This document shows positions 1 through 12,790 of a stretch of DNA of 64,000 nucleotides, piece after piece; positions within the stretch are counted from its first letter, which is position 1; each line of letters opens with the position of its first letter. Source of the stretch: Fimicolochytrium jonesii (lineage: Eukaryota); NCBI RefSeq assembly GCF_025526975.1, contig NW_026515676.1, positions 62,001 to 126,000 of the forward strand. The letters are read 5' to 3'. A program made the position numbers and the translations under genes. The notes below the pieces were generated by a model. It saw only the letters and a program-made list of their open reading frames with translations, was not told the DNA's origin and made no database searches.

Positions 1-163
1 CCAGGAATCTGCCGCGGCGGACAAGACCGCCACCCCGGGGGCCGAGCAGGCGCACGTTGACGCTACCGCCGAGAAGCACTGGGGCACAACTCAGAAGTAT
101 TTGACTGAGGAGGACGCGTATGGGCCTGGCGGTGACCCGGATAAGAAGAAGGAGGGGAAGTGA
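1..163 (+). CDS. 3' end of an unidentified protein-coding gene (partial)
   Basis: Frame 2 is open from the window edge (QESAAADKTATPGAEQAHVDATAEKHWGTTQKYLTEEDAYGPGGDPDKKKEGK*), GC-rich and coding-like, with TGA at 161-163 followed by AT-richer sequence. Confidence 0.55.
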   Translation, partial: QESAAADKTATPGAEQAHVDATAEKHWGTTQKYLTEEDAYGPGGDPDKKKEGK

Positions 164-442
164 GGAGGATTCGACGGTGGAAGTCGAAGGATCGGAAAGT
201 GGAGGAGTTTTGGGTCATAGGAGTTCTAGGTCGAATGTATCATATTTGAGTTTTGACGACTGAAGGGTCGTGTTCATAAGATTGTCCCCTTGAGCCTCCC
301 ATTTATGCGAATGCGATTGTGTAAGCTCTGTGAATTGATTGCTTGTCATTGAATGAGCAGCATGTAGTCTATTAGATGCAAAGTAGCAGCTGTGCCAAAA
401 ACAATTCTACCAAAAACGTGCCCAACCGTCATCACCGTAGAA

Positions 443-1844
443 TCAAGCAAACATCCTCCCAAACATCTTCTTCTCCTTCTGCGTATGTGCCTTCAGCTTT
501 CCCTGCAAGATCTGCTGCTCCCGCCTCAACTCCGTCCACTCTGAACCCGACTTCGGCACCGCCTTCCGCTCCAGAATGTCTTCCAGTTTGGCAAAATCCG
601 ACTGTGCCAGATCCAGATCCCTGCCGACGCGCGAATACGCTTGACCACGCCGAAAGATGGCCTTAACGTTCTCCGAGTCGGTTTTCAGGACTTCGGTGCA
701 TGCTGGGATGACTGGTGCAAAATCGTTAAGTTTTATCTTGCATGCTGCGTAGTTTAGCCGACAGCTTTGGAGGAGGGCTTCTAACGTCGACAAGTCGATT
801 TCTGGCTCTTTCGTTGTAGAGTCCCCGTTCTGGGCAGGCGCTGCCATTGCTGATTTTGATTTTGACGGACTTGATGTTCCCTGCAGCTTGCTGGGCCGGT
901 CCGGCCTCCCCATATCCTGCACTTCCGGACTCATTGCCACGCTCTCCAGTAGCGCCAGCGCCCGTGTATACTTGTCCAGAGCCTCTTGGTACTTCCCCTC
1001 CTTATATAGCCGCCCTCCTTCATCCTTTCTCACAGGCGCTTCCCGGAACTTTTCCATCATGCTCATTTCCCACGGCTCTTTAGTGAACGAGTTTGGAGTT
1101 TGCACGTCAATCAGTTCGATTTCGAACTCGAGAGGCGCCCCGTGTAGCGCGGCCAAGTCGGTTTGCGCGTTCATCTCTTCCTGGAATGAGTGCGCACAAC
1201 AACCGCCGCCAATGGTTTTGACCGGAAGCCCTTTGGCAACGTTTATGCGGTTCTCTCTTTCCTGTTTTAAGACTTTCGCAAGTTGTACGTACCCCTGTAT
1301 CTCGGAGTTAGAATGCAACCACTAGCACCATCAGATGAACTAGTTCACATACCTCCGTGTATTCAGGCATGCACAGAAACCTCGCCTTCTCTCCCACCCG
1401 CATACTTTTCACCGCAATCTCCAGTGCCCGCACTGAAAAGCTGTATCCTATCCGCAACTCGAACGGCTTGTCGGGATCATCTTCCCGTGTATCCGTTACT
1501 TTCGTTCGGATGGGCCGATCTCCACTCGCATCTCCTGCCGCCTTCGATGCCGGCGGATGGCTACATGTATGGTCATGCTTGTGAGCACCGTCCTGTTTCG
1601 CTGCGTCGCTTTTACCCTGTCCACCCTTCTTCCCGCCCTTTGACTTCTCCTCGCCCGACTGTAGGTGAGGGGGTATCGCGTATGTAAACGTCTTGAAGTG
1701 GAAGAGCGCATTGGTACCACGAGTCCACTCCGGTGCTGGTACGTTGGAGCTGCTGCTGCCCTCCAGTTTCACCTTCAAGACGCCGTCGTCGTCTGTCACC
1801 CTCTCCATTTGCGAGAGCAGCCATTGTGGGTCTATGGCTGCCAT
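443..1844 (-). CDS. AIP/AIPL1-like co-chaperone (FKBP-like domain plus TPR repeats), 2 exons
   Basis: Exon 1 has GTNALFHFKTF...KPFELRIG...AVKSMRVGEKARFLC (FKBP-like domain of AIP). Intron 1295-1352 (GTATGT...CAG). Exon 2 has the GCCAH insert, LEFEIELIDV and TPR motifs (GGRLYKEGKYQEA, LNYAACKIKL, KAIFRRGQAY). Confidence 0.8.
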
Positions 1845-2165
1845 TTTCCAGCCTGGTGTTTGAGCCGGTGAATGCGAGTATAGACAGACGAGGTTTCTTC
1901 CTTGCCCGCCTCTCTTTCTGAAGGAGCGTTCAACGTTAAATATGCTGGTGAGTACTAGCGATGTGGGACGAAGGCTTTGTCCGCTTCTCCGAAAGTGGCT
2001 GGATATCTGGCGTGAAGGACGCGTTTGAAAGAGTGGTCCGTGGCCGTCCGCCTCCCTCCAATCCCAAGTCTATCTCAAGTGTGTCACTTGCTTCTCACAA
2101 TGATGTACAAATGTGCATGATGTCTAAACCCGTCGCAATCCTCGAACAGCGCTCAGCACTACCCC

Positions 2166-5100
2166 TCAAGCACTCGGTTCGACATTATCATCGCCTTCCA
2201 ACGCCTCAGCCGAGGTCGCGCTCCGAGACTTCCTGCTGCTTGCATCGTTGTCATCAAACTCCGAGTCTTTCGGCGTTTTCGCCTTGTCATCAGCTATGAA
2301 GAGGGATGAAGAACCATCGACCGTTTAAACGATAGATTCAATGAAAAAGAGCGTTCATGACATACCTGCAAGCTTGATGTCATTGAAATCCGTATTCTTT
2401 TTCTTGAGAAGCCAATCTTCACTAGTGGGATCAAGCGGGACGTCTTCTTTGCGCTGATCTCGCTTCTGACCAGATTCATTTGCTCTATGATGGCAATAGA
2501 TGAACGCATGTTCGGCTGCGGATGCGGAACGTTATCCTGATGTACCTGAACTTCTGGAAATCAGAGTCAAATGTTTCCTGCTGCAGTGAATTGCTTTTCC
2601 CAAACTTTCGGGCCTGAAGAAAGAAAGTTAGAAAGATTGACCAGCTCATCAATCACAACCGGGAAAGGTCTTACCGAAAATGTGGAGTTAACCACCGACT
2701 GTGCAAACGGAACGTACATGTCCTGCACAACAGGCGGTGGAGGCTCGACCTACGCAAAAGAAAGCGTTGCATAAGAGTTGCCTGCCCGATGTGCATATTC
2801 ATATACAAAAGCCTACCTCCGGCTCAAAGGATCGCTCAGATGCCGCTTTTGGTTGTGGTTTCGCAACTTCAGCTTCTGGGGCTTCTGTGGGCTCTTCCTC
2901 TGCATTGCTTTCCGTCCGAGTGCTGTTGGAAGTATCATCAATATCTGGCATATTTGCATACCGAGGATTTGTGGCTTCCCACTTACTTTTCTGATTCTCT
3001 ACTCACGACAGCGACCGAAGTTGATAAGATGAGTGAAATGCATTCTGGAGGTCATGACTGTTCAAAGTTCATACCTAGTAGCTGGAAAGATGTCGAACGG
3101 AGACGCGACGACCGATTGTGCGCCGGAGCTCGGAGGCCGGCGCCCGCTCTTTGGTCGCTTCGTGCGCTTCTCATGGGTACTGTTGCGGTAGACCGTTCGT
3201 GTTAGCTACCCAAGCATGGGACGCAGATACCATAGGGCAAGACTTACTCGTCCTTGTCCTCATCCGAGCTGTATCCTTCTTCCGAGTCGGAAGACTTGCG
3301 GACATCTTGACTGCTACGGATCTGTACATTGTTCCGTCGCAGGTACCGCACTTGCTCTCGGGTGAGTTCTTTGCAAAACGTGTCCGGCTTGTCCTATAGG
3401 ACGAGAAAGCAACGTTAGCGCCTCATTTCCTCGAACACTGTCTTTACTGTCATATTTACCTCCAACAAGGCAAAGAAGTTTTGACCCATGTGCTCCCGGA
3501 GAGCAGTTGCAACGTACTCAAAGTTCTCAACCAGGAACTGCGAGAAATCCAATGAAATTAGTGCAAGGTTCCAATGATCTCAATGGACACAACAACTTAC
3601 GATGAGAGCGTTTGCTGCGTAGTTCTGACTATCCGGGTGTCCCACGTTCGCAATCACGTTCAGGAGACCACTGACAACCTGCGATTCGATCATACGCTCT
3701 GCTAGAGTCCGGTTTATGGCCGCGATGACTCTTTATGAGAAAGTTAGAGATGCGTCCTGTTTCACATTTACTGGGATGCACATACCCCAGGAGTTTTGCA
3801 GCATATGCTTGTTGCATGTAGCCTGCAGTGACAGTTTCGCTTTGTCCTTTGCTCTCGTCCCCTGCTTTTGCCACAAGCCCGCCCCAAGCTCCTGTAGTTT
3901 TTCCCGCATCCCCTTTCCCCCGTCTTCTGCGATCTGTGGTTCTCTAGTCGTTTGAAAAATCTCCATAGCGAGGAACAGAAAAAGGATGCGCTTCACCTTC
4001 TGGTAGCTCCTCCTTTACGTCTTCCACAGTATTCTTGAGAATCGTGATGAGCTGCGTAATGATGATGTCTTGCAGAGCTGGCCGCTTGAGCAGTTCACGT
4101 AAGATCTCGTAACCTGCAAATGGTGCAACCGCTATCAGCGCTGCGCTCATATACTAGTATCCACAAAGTGAACCCACCCTCGTATTGAATCTGTATATGC
4201 GGATTCTTGAGCAATGCGATGGTAGCTTCGACAATCGAAGGATGGATCGCTTGAATGGAGGGCTACCAGAGTCAGACAGGAGGACAGGCCGCGGGACTGA
4301 GATGAATTGTCACCTACAAGCAACAGCCGAAGCGCTTGCCCCGCCATTTGCTGGGACGTGGGTGGAGGTCCCTGAGAGGTGAGCAGAGAGAGCAAGGACT
4401 TGTAGACTTGCATCAGGAATTTCGGATTGCCCTGCGGTCCTCTGTGGTGAGCCTTTTGACTAGCCGTAGACTGCAGAAGACAAAAACTTACCACTCCGAG
4501 CTGATATAAAAGGTTCCTCGCATAGTCTTGCGTAATTTCGGAGCGGGATCTGCCAAGACAATCCGAGACGGCGCGCACACCTGGAATATGGAGGTGTGAG
4601 CGGATGATGTCCACTCGTCTGAGGATAAGTCAACATATACCATAGCTTTCGCAGATGAATTCCTTGTATCTTCGGCCCGCTTGTGCGACACTGAGAAGGA
4701 CTCTCAAAGCTTCCGCCTTGTCTGGCTGTTGAAAAGTTGAGGACGTGAGCGACAAACGATAATCTTCGACAGTATAGGTGGATACCTCCTTGACTTGCGC
4801 CAGTCCGAGGATTTCTAAAACCGTGAGAACCCCCCCAACCTCCAAGAACTCTGCGAGGAAACGATGACCACTGGACGCAGAGATGAATACATTGATCGCT
4901 TGGAGTTGAATAGATAGGCTATGCCCGAGAAGGTAACTTTGCGAGGGTTTCAGTAAATGGCATCGCTTTTCATTCCCCTCTTCACATCAGAGCTCATACC
5001 TCAAGCGTAGCCATGCGGAAATCCTTGTCAGAAAGAGACTAGCTCCATTGCTAAACTCCCTTTCCAGTTGAGGGCCCGTTTTGTTCCGATTATGGGTAAC

Positions 5101-5440
5101 GAACTCTTGTAGAATCTTCTCTCTCACACTTCTTGTCCCCTAATCATGTCGGAATTTCGAAAGTTTGAGGGCACTGCTTTCTTGCGGAATCCGAAATTGT
5201 TTATACCTTGTCCCACGTCTTGCTTAGTTGCATAAAGTAGGTCGGTTGACAACTGGGCAGAAGGGGATTCCCCACTCGTGCCGCTGGAGGGAGTCGTTCT
5301 AAGATATTATATTTCAAGAAAGCCGGGTCCATTTCAGAGCCCCGAACGACAGTTTTGCTTGAGTACTGCATATCTGCAATGCCGCCTGAGGCTTCATAGT
5401 CTACTTTTGGGTATGTCTTCGTGGTCTTTAGGTCTTGCAC
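2166..5440 (-). CDS. ARMH1: ARMH1 (C1orf228)-like armadillo-helical protein, multi-exon, with a low-complexity acidic C-terminal extension
   Basis: Spliced peptides KTGPQLEREFSNGASLFLTRISAWLRL, SSGHRFLAEFLEVGGVLTVLEILGL, AGRRYKEFICESYG, GNPKFLMQVYKSL and YMQQAYAAK match the recalled ARMH1 sequence. The 3' exons were traced to ...DNVEPSA* and are less certain. Confidence 0.75.
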
Positions 5441-5750
5441 ATGCTGTCGGAGAATCGGACGGTCGGAGATGGGCGATTATGATGAAGCGTCAGCGCGTCT
5501 GGACACCAGCATTCCTCAGATTTCCCCTCTTCCCTTCCTCCAAAGCATCTTCCCACGATTGCCTGGCTTGCTCTGACTTTTCCCACGCAACAGGACCGCA
5601 TACTTTCCTACGCCGTCTTGCTGTGCCTTGGGCGTAGAAGCCGTAGCGACCTTGCGCACTGGGAGCAGCTATGATAGGAATAGTCTGCTGACACCGTTCC
5701 ACCTCTGAAACTCGTTTGTTCTACGGAAAGACTCCAGGCGGGATACTCCA

Positions 5751-8334
5751 ATGAACCGACAAAGAGAGCCCACCCTCCCTGCTTCCACGTTCGGCGTGCA
5801 TGTGTACGATGCTCAGGAGGCGCTGGAGGTTGGGAACAACCTGCGGAAGCAATTGGGCCCCGAGTTCGTTTCAAACCGAAGTGGCCCTGGTGGAAGTGAG
5901 TTTTTGCAGTTCGGTGCGTAATGTCTTTTGTGCTAATCTCACCGTTTCACTTTTTCAAGGCAAAGTCTCGTATATTGAGGGATGGAAAGTAGTAAGCCTG
6001 GCGAACGAAATATTTGGCTTCAATGGCTGGTCGCACAGCGTTGTGGATATGACCGTCGACTTTGTAAGATGCTGGAGGAGGGCCAAAACGAGGGTTAGGC
6101 GCTGACCACGTCGGTTTTGTCTTTTGAAGGTGGACATCGAGAACGGGAAAGTCAGCACGGGCATATCCTCAATCGTGCGTGTGACGCTGAAAGATGGAAC
6201 GTATCGAGAGGTTGGCTTCCATTCTCTTTCAATCAAGAATCTGTCCCGTCCTCTGACCGTGCGGCGTTTCACCCGCCGAGAACCACAGGATGTCGGCTAT
6301 GGATCTATAGAGAATGCCAAATCGAAGTCAGCAGCCTTCGAAAAGGTAACATCTATGATTGTCAGTCGACGAGACGGCTTTATCAATAACCTAGGCTCCC
6401 CTTTTTCTACTTCGTCGGCAGGCAAAGAAGGAATCCATTACCGATGCACTCAAACGGGCATTGAAGAGCTTCGGGAATAGTATGGGGGGATGCTTATACG
6501 ATAAAGACTACCTGAAGAAGGTGCAAAGAATTTCCGTACCTGTGAGTGTTGACTTCTCTTTTGTTCCATTGCTTTGAGAAGAATGTCCTCGCTGGCATTG
6601 ACTCTCCAAGATCTCAGCAGAGCACCAACATTGATCCTAAAGCACTCTATCGCCATGAGAGTTTCCGCGAAGTTCCTAGCAAGATTCCTCCCGATTTCAT
6701 GAACAAGACCAGCGGCGACCGGCATGCTGGGAAACCCACTTCAACGGGGCTGAACCAACAACGACCACCACCGAATCATCAACATAGTCCTCAGCCGAAT
6801 GGTAGTTTTCCGGAGGAAGCGCCTTGTTCTCATGCTGAGGAGGTTTCACTCAACCGTGCGGCGATTCTCTTTAAGTTGCTGCTCCAGTACCACCAGCGGC
6901 CCATTCGTTTGGGACTATGAGCTCGTTTGGAGGTAACTATTGTTCGAGGAGGACCGCGACCGATGATACCCTCTGATCCCATTCTCCCATCATCGCGCGT
7001 AGACGACGACGATTTGTTGGTTGGTGCTGACTTGGAAACCATCGACCCCAGATTGCTTCAGGAGGCAACTCCAGTTAAGCCCACCAAGTAAGCAGTTTCG
7101 GTGGACAACACTCGACCTTGCATAAGCAACTCATGGGAAGTCCATATTCGAATCCTAGTCGAGCACCACATAACTCTCTGGCCAACCAGTTTGGCCAAGA
7201 TACAACAGCAGCGCCTTATGCCTCAGGCAATCAGTCTTTTCAGACGAACCAAGGTACGACAGTTGTGCAGAACCCGCGCAGTCAAGAACAACAACGAAAC
7301 GTCCACGCCCCTCCGGGTAAGTCGATCAGTGTACGTTATTCTACCGATGAATACCCTAACTAATTTGACCTCCTTAGGTATGGGACCCATGTCAAACAAT
7401 ATAAACAGTAGGGCTGGTCCCAACACAGTTCCGCACAACACAGTTCCGCCCAATGGTATCCCCAATAATCCATCATCGATGCAAATGCATCATCAGACCA
7501 ACCAAGGGTCTCTGCACCAGCAATCAACATCCTCTGAGCGTCCCAAGCAGGCTCAGATGCAACCGGGGCCAGGGCAGCAACAGATAAATCAGTCGACGAC
7601 TGTACCACCGCAACCTGGTCCGCATCCAATGCAGAACCAACAGGAACGGACGCATCTGCCACCACAACAGAATGCGCAGCAAACCGGGGAGCAGAATCGG
7701 AATGTACAGAACGGTGCAAGCAACGGACATCAAGGACCAGGCTATCAGCAGAAGGAGAACCAAATGCAGTCAGCCCTGAAGCCTTCCCCGACCCGGTCTC
7801 TAGACGCGTCCAAGAGGCTCGTAACGCAGAAGTCAGCCCCCGGAGGCTTGGGCATGGGACAAGGCGGTGGCGCTAGTTTCCCGCAACGCTCAGGCCCAAA
7901 TGCAACGAACAATAACCCCAAGAATAGTGGGCAGGGGCACCCACGCCAAAACGGTATGCAGCAGAATACCGGGCAACACCGAACGTCTCAAGCTGGACAG
8001 CAAGAGGGTGGGCAACAGCACAATGGCCAGAATGTAAATATGCAAAGCGCAAATGGCCAACAGCAAATGAAGCGAGGACTCGATGCGTTGGATCCTAGGT
8101 GAGAGACAATCGACTGTGGGAATTGACCTGGGAATGGTTCACCGAGCGATGTCTTTTGGGACGGTTGTCCTCAGGCCGAATGGATCAGGGTTCGCTCAAC
8201 ATAGCGGGTCCGCGCCTGGATCAGCAGTCCAAAATACCATGCACCCTCAGCATATGCAGGCGGAGAATGGATCGGGTCAACGCTTCGCTCCTGCAATGAA
8301 GCGGCCGCGAACGGAGATCCCCGGTTTCACGTGA
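5751..8334 (+). CDS. RAD52: DNA repair/recombination protein Rad52/Rad22, multi-exon
   Basis: [18 protein letters not shown] / [27 protein letters not shown] / [13 protein letters not shown] / DVGYGSIEN / [28 protein letters not shown], followed by a Q/N-rich C-terminus and MKRPR near the end. Confidence 0.95.
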
Positions 8335-8582
8335 GACACGCCGCGCTACATCGTTGTGGATTCGCGACGTCGCCTCTTTCTTAGGTGATTGTATTGTGGA
8401 CGTTGAGGAGGGCCTCCGGACACCTTCTGCGCCCAGTAAATCTGGATTTGTACATATATGTAAAGTAAGGATTCGTCTAGGAATGTGATTACAGATAGCC
8501 TCCTCCCGCGTGCGCCTCCTTCTGATTAAGCCATAGACCCTACATATACACTATTTACTGACACCACTTGGAAACGACTTGC

Positions 8583-9425
8583 CTACACACCGAGCCCTCC
8601 ACTCGCCATGATATGTTGCCCTGTGACCCATCTTGCAGACTCACTACTGAGCCAAGCAACCACCTGCGCAACATCGTCGGGATCTCCAACACGGCCCATT
8701 GGCGTTTGTTTTGCAAACATGGCGTTGAGCTCCTCCTTAGTACCGTGCTGGGCGTTCGCCTCATAGAGCATATCGGTGGACGTCGCGCCGGGCAGTACAG
8801 CGTTGACGGTGATGTTCCTGCTAGCAAACTCCGCAGCCCACGCACGGGTGAAGAAATCGAGAAGCGCTTTGGACCCTCCGTAGATGCTGTCACCTCGCGG
8901 ATTTTGAAGCCGGGAACTGACCGACCCGATGTTGATGATGCGGCCGCCGTCGTTGATGTAGGGATACAGAGCCTGAACGAGGATGAGCGGCCCGCGAGCG
9001 TTGATGTCCATCGCGCGATCATAGTCTGCGACGCGGAGTTTCGTTATGGGGGAGGAAGGGGGAGCGATTGCAGCGTTGTTGACCAGGATGTCAATGCGAG
9101 GTTCGGGTCGCGCTTGGGCTTCTGATCCGGTTGAATGCTTCGATGCTACACCTGCCATCTCGGCGGCGAACTTCTTGACCTCCTCCACCATCTGGATAAT
9201 CTGGTCGGGCTTGCCCATATCTGCTTTGACCGTCGTGCACGCCCTGCCCAGCTTTTCGATGGCTTCTTGGACATCCGTTGGCGGGCTATCGCTGCTGTAG
9301 TTGAGGACGATGTCGGCGCCCCGTCCTGCGAGAAGAATAGCGATAGCTTTGCCAATGCCCCTGGATGAGCCAGTGACCAAAGCAAGCTTTCCAGTGAGAT
9401 CTGGGGCGTTCGGGCTTGTCGTCAT
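8583..9425 (-). CDS. Classical short-chain dehydrogenase/reductase (FabG-like), intronless
   Basis: TGSSRGIG Rossmann motif, NNAA, catalytic S and YGGSK, VNAVLPG and VTGQ...GG in a single 280-aa ORF. Confidence 0.92.
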   Translation of the reverse strand: MTTSPNAPDLTGKLALVTGSSRGIGKAIAILLAGRGADIVLNYSSDSPPTDVQEAIEKLGRACTTVKADMGKPDQIIQMVEEVKKFAAEMAGVASKHSTGSEAQARPEPRIDILVNNAAIAPPSSPITKLRVADYDRAMDINARGPLILVQALYPYINDGGRIINIGSVSSRLQNPRGDSIYGGSKALLDFFTRAWAAEFASRNITVNAVLPGATSTDMLYEANAQHGTKEELNAMFAKQTPMGRVGDPDDVAQVVAWLSSESARWVTGQHIMASGGLGV

Positions 9426-10634
9426 GGTTGCGAATCCCGTATGCTGCGTGCTGTATAGATCTGAGTTTTGTATTATGAGGGAGTCCCTCTTTTAAAGGAG
9501 AGGTACTTGTCGCAGCGGGGCAGGGAGTTACTAGATAGAGGTAGAGGTACAGTATTTTACACTTTGTATATAATTACGTGTATAATCGCGTGACGACTTG
9601 TAGAAGCCGTCTGACCCATGCCCCTCGGCACTGTGTGGGGTCAACATGCTAGGGTATTTTACGTGCACCTGCACACACGGGTGGAACAGACACTAACTAA
9701 CTAAGTAACTAGCCCACTTGTCTTGATCCATTTTCGCAGAGACTGCACCGACATCATGGCCAGGCGTACTCGTTCAATTCAGACTCAGTCTTGAATGAAC
9801 ATCCTATTTGCGAGTTAAAGATAGGAGGAGTCAGTCAGCATTCTCACATGTTTTCAAGGTAAAGTTGAACTGATTGCGCACATACCCACGACAAAGAGAA
9901 GCACGTTCCATTCATCATTCCTTCAAACTCGCTTGCTCTCAGCCTGTTTGGACTGACGACTTGAAGGCGTGGGAACTACGTAGTTGGTCGAAAGTCTCGT
10001 ATTAACACACAGCTGGCTGACGGTAAAACCACATCAAATGCAGAAGACGGGTTAAGTTACCTACCTGACCACGGCTCGATGCCGTGTGGGATATGCGAAA
10101 GGACACTTGTTAAGACAGAAGCGTTGCGTTGTTCCCGACGAGACAACTGGGGGAAGCCGATGGTGCCCTCCTTTTATATCCTTGCGGGGTGTGCAATATC
10201 CTTGCGGGGCGTTCTCTTCCCGGAGCCGCTAGAAGTGGACTCTGTACCAACGCTTGAGGCGTGAACTTGAAATTGAGCCGCGCTGCACATGGGTGATGGG
10301 ATGGGCTGATTGCCATATGGGTGTCATGTGTTTCATCCGTCTCGGCGCGTCATCAATTGCACGGGCACTCTTAATCTCAATACTTCTCCAATCGATGCGT
10401 GGGATGGGTTGTTTCCATCCGCAAACACGGCAAACAATTGCATGTGTTTTGGGTGCTCCTCATCAGACTCCTCTGAGTCCTCTCATCACGGTCTCACCTC
10501 CTCCCCGGGCTTATATACGGATTCTTGAGGCTTGAGGCTGGTACATCATAGAGGTACTACCTCAGTCTACCTGGATTGGTACGTACGTATCTCAATACTC
10601 CTTTCCTTCTGAAATGCTTCGCAGTCTTCTCTAT

Positions 10635-10945
10635 TCACGATAATCGATAAAGTACAAGTTTTCTTCTACTTGGGCGGCGACCGATAAGGTATTCGAAACG
10701 CGATTTAGCGTCCGGTGATGCATTTGAATGCGGGTAGAGGTTGTGTAGGTAGGATACAGCCTCTAGGATGTACGGCCGGAGCTTTCGAGGTAGATGGGTA
10801 TCCACGAAGGTAGCGCGCCGTCTAAAACAATATGCGCAAGTCAAGTCTTCGGTGCGGAAGTCGCTTGCATGGGGTCTCTTCGTCCTCAATCTTGGTCGCC
10901 TACGCCTAGCACTCCCCTGTCATGCGGCGTGAGAACGCAACGGGC
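10635..10945 (-). mobile_element. Degenerate Ty1/Copia-like retrotransposon integrase fragment
   Basis: RATFVDTHLPRKLRPYILEAVSYLHNLYPHSNASPDAKSRFEYLIGRRPS resembles the Copia post-integrase-core motif (R.ML...LP..LW.EA...A.YL.NR.P......TP.E...G.KP). No intact ORF or LTR pair was seen. Confidence 0.55.
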
Positions 10946-12037
10946 CACCGAAATGGACCGTCCGTAGGAAGTATGTCAGAGTCTTTGAGACCCGAGGAAA
11001 GCGACTGGTCAGTATGCAAAAAAAAAAAATAGGAGTTTCTTACACGGATGTGTGGAGCGACCTATCTACGAAAGTTTCAAATGAGATTGGAATAATGTCC
11101 AAGAGTAAACCGCTCAATCCGGAAAAGACAATGGAGATCCCAAATTTGTTCTTTGATACAGGGACTCGATTAGATCTCTCTCTAGCTTAATGTACAGTCA
11201 GGTAGCAAAAAGCTGTCTCTCCTAATTGGATTCAATGACCATTTCAAAAGGGAGACAGACGCCGTCGGCTGCCGACTATTAGGTCTCATCAGGACATGCC
11301 CGAGATTAAGGATGATGAGTGATGCACGGCTGGCGACACTGACTTAATCTCGAGGAGAGACAGCTTTTTCCTATCTGACGATACAGCAGGTATCCCCTAA
11401 ATGCTACTCTTGTGCAACGGGCCGCCGGGTGTCGCCATCCCTGCTGAGCTGCTTTATGCACTGGTCGCGATCCGCATTTCCTCCGCTTGACCCTCGGGCC
11501 TCCGCCATCCGCGCAAGTATTGTTGTCGCTTGAAGTCAAAACGTCGTCCGGATTCGATTTCGAGGAGCGGCGCTCGCGCAGTATCACCTTACAAATACTC
11601 CGAGCGTCTCACGCAAAGACGGGGTTGCATGAGAAGCTCGTAGTGTTTGTACGAAATGCTGCACGACGGCGACAGGTCCGTCGGGTAGTCTTTACGCTGT
11701 CGACAGGCACGGTCGAAAGATAATTTTCTGCTAGGTGCTGGAAGTTCGCCGGAATCGCGGCCCATCATCAAGATCCCAGTGTCGGGTGACAAAAGAACCG
11801 AGCGATGCGAGGCAGATGGCCACGCACATGGCAACGCTTTCAATGGTGGCGTTCTTTGCCGGATAGTTGGTGAGATTCGCATTTACCGCATCTAGTGTGC
11901 ACTGCAAGCTGGCTGTTGCTGGCATGGCATAGGTATGCGGCCGGTGCCGTCCTAAGCTATGCTCGCGTGCTGATGTGCATTAAGAAAGGCCATGGCACCC
12001 GTGTCGGAATGTTGGAAACCCGCGGACTGGAAAACAA

Positions 12038-12790
12038 ATGTCCAAGTCATCGACATTCGTCGGCAACGAATTCCACGATTTCAGCAAACTCCCCAGCACC
12101 TACCAGAAAATGATCTTTCGAGCCTGCATCTTTCAGACGATACAGTTGTGCGAGGATCTGGCCGACGTCGGCATCACCGCCGCAAATATCTGCTTCTGGC
12201 AGACGATTGCTAGAGACGCCACAAACAGGAATATCCCCATCGAAATTCTCGATACGAAAAAGGTCGATATCACTCGCATTGACTGGGTGATCCCATCCAA
12301 AACTCCTTCCAAACTCTTCGACGAGGTCAGGAAAGAACTTCGCATTCAACGCAAGACGCTCGGGCGGCAAGGAACAAGTCTGGAACGCGCGAGTCTCTCA
12401 TTCCTTGTGCACAAGGGTTTACCATCCGCCATCCGCCAAACGATTTTGAGGCAGCTTCGAAGGGAAGAGAAAGCGGCCGCCGAGCTGACGAAAGAACAAG
12501 CGGCCGAAGCTGAGCTACAGGGGACACTGGCCCGTCGTTGCCCGTGCGCCGCCGTTGCCAAAGAACTACTTCCGTCGCTGCTGTTGGCGGGTGGAGAAGA
12601 AGGTGAAGAGAAAGAGGCTGGGGCCGAGGGTGAGGCCGAGGGTAAGGTTGAAGAGGGCGAAGAAGAGCAGGAGGAGGAGCACATAGATGAGGGCGACCAG
12701 CAAGGCGGATCTTCACCGGCTGGGGCAGGAAAGAGGCGAGCGGGAGGATCGGAGCAGGAGGAAAGCGGCGCGAGGAAGAGGCGTGCTTGA
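12038..12790 (+). CDS. Hypothetical protein with acidic C-terminus and basic NLS-like ends; possibly a truncated or relic gene
   Basis: 250-aa ORF with an E-rich tail and GKRR/RKRRA motifs. No family was recognised and it lies in a TE-containing interval. Confidence 0.45.
   Translation: MSKSSTFVGNEFHDFSKLPSTYQKMIFRACIFQTIQLCEDLADVGITAANICFWQTIARDATNRNIPIEILDTKKVDITRIDWVIPSKTPSKLFDEVRKELRIQRKTLGRQGTSLERASLSFLVHKGLPSAIRQTILRQLRREEKAAAELTKEQAAEAELQGTLARRCPCAAVAKELLPSLLLAGGEEGEEKEAGAEGEAEGKVEEGEEEQEEEHIDEGDQQGGSSPAGAGKRRAGGSEQEESGARKRRA

Noticed and set aside
10176..10210. Tandem ATATCCTTGCGGGG resembling U12-type (AT-AC) donors
   Set aside because: No flanking exons or U12 branch site were found. 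It is probably a small duplication in TE debris.
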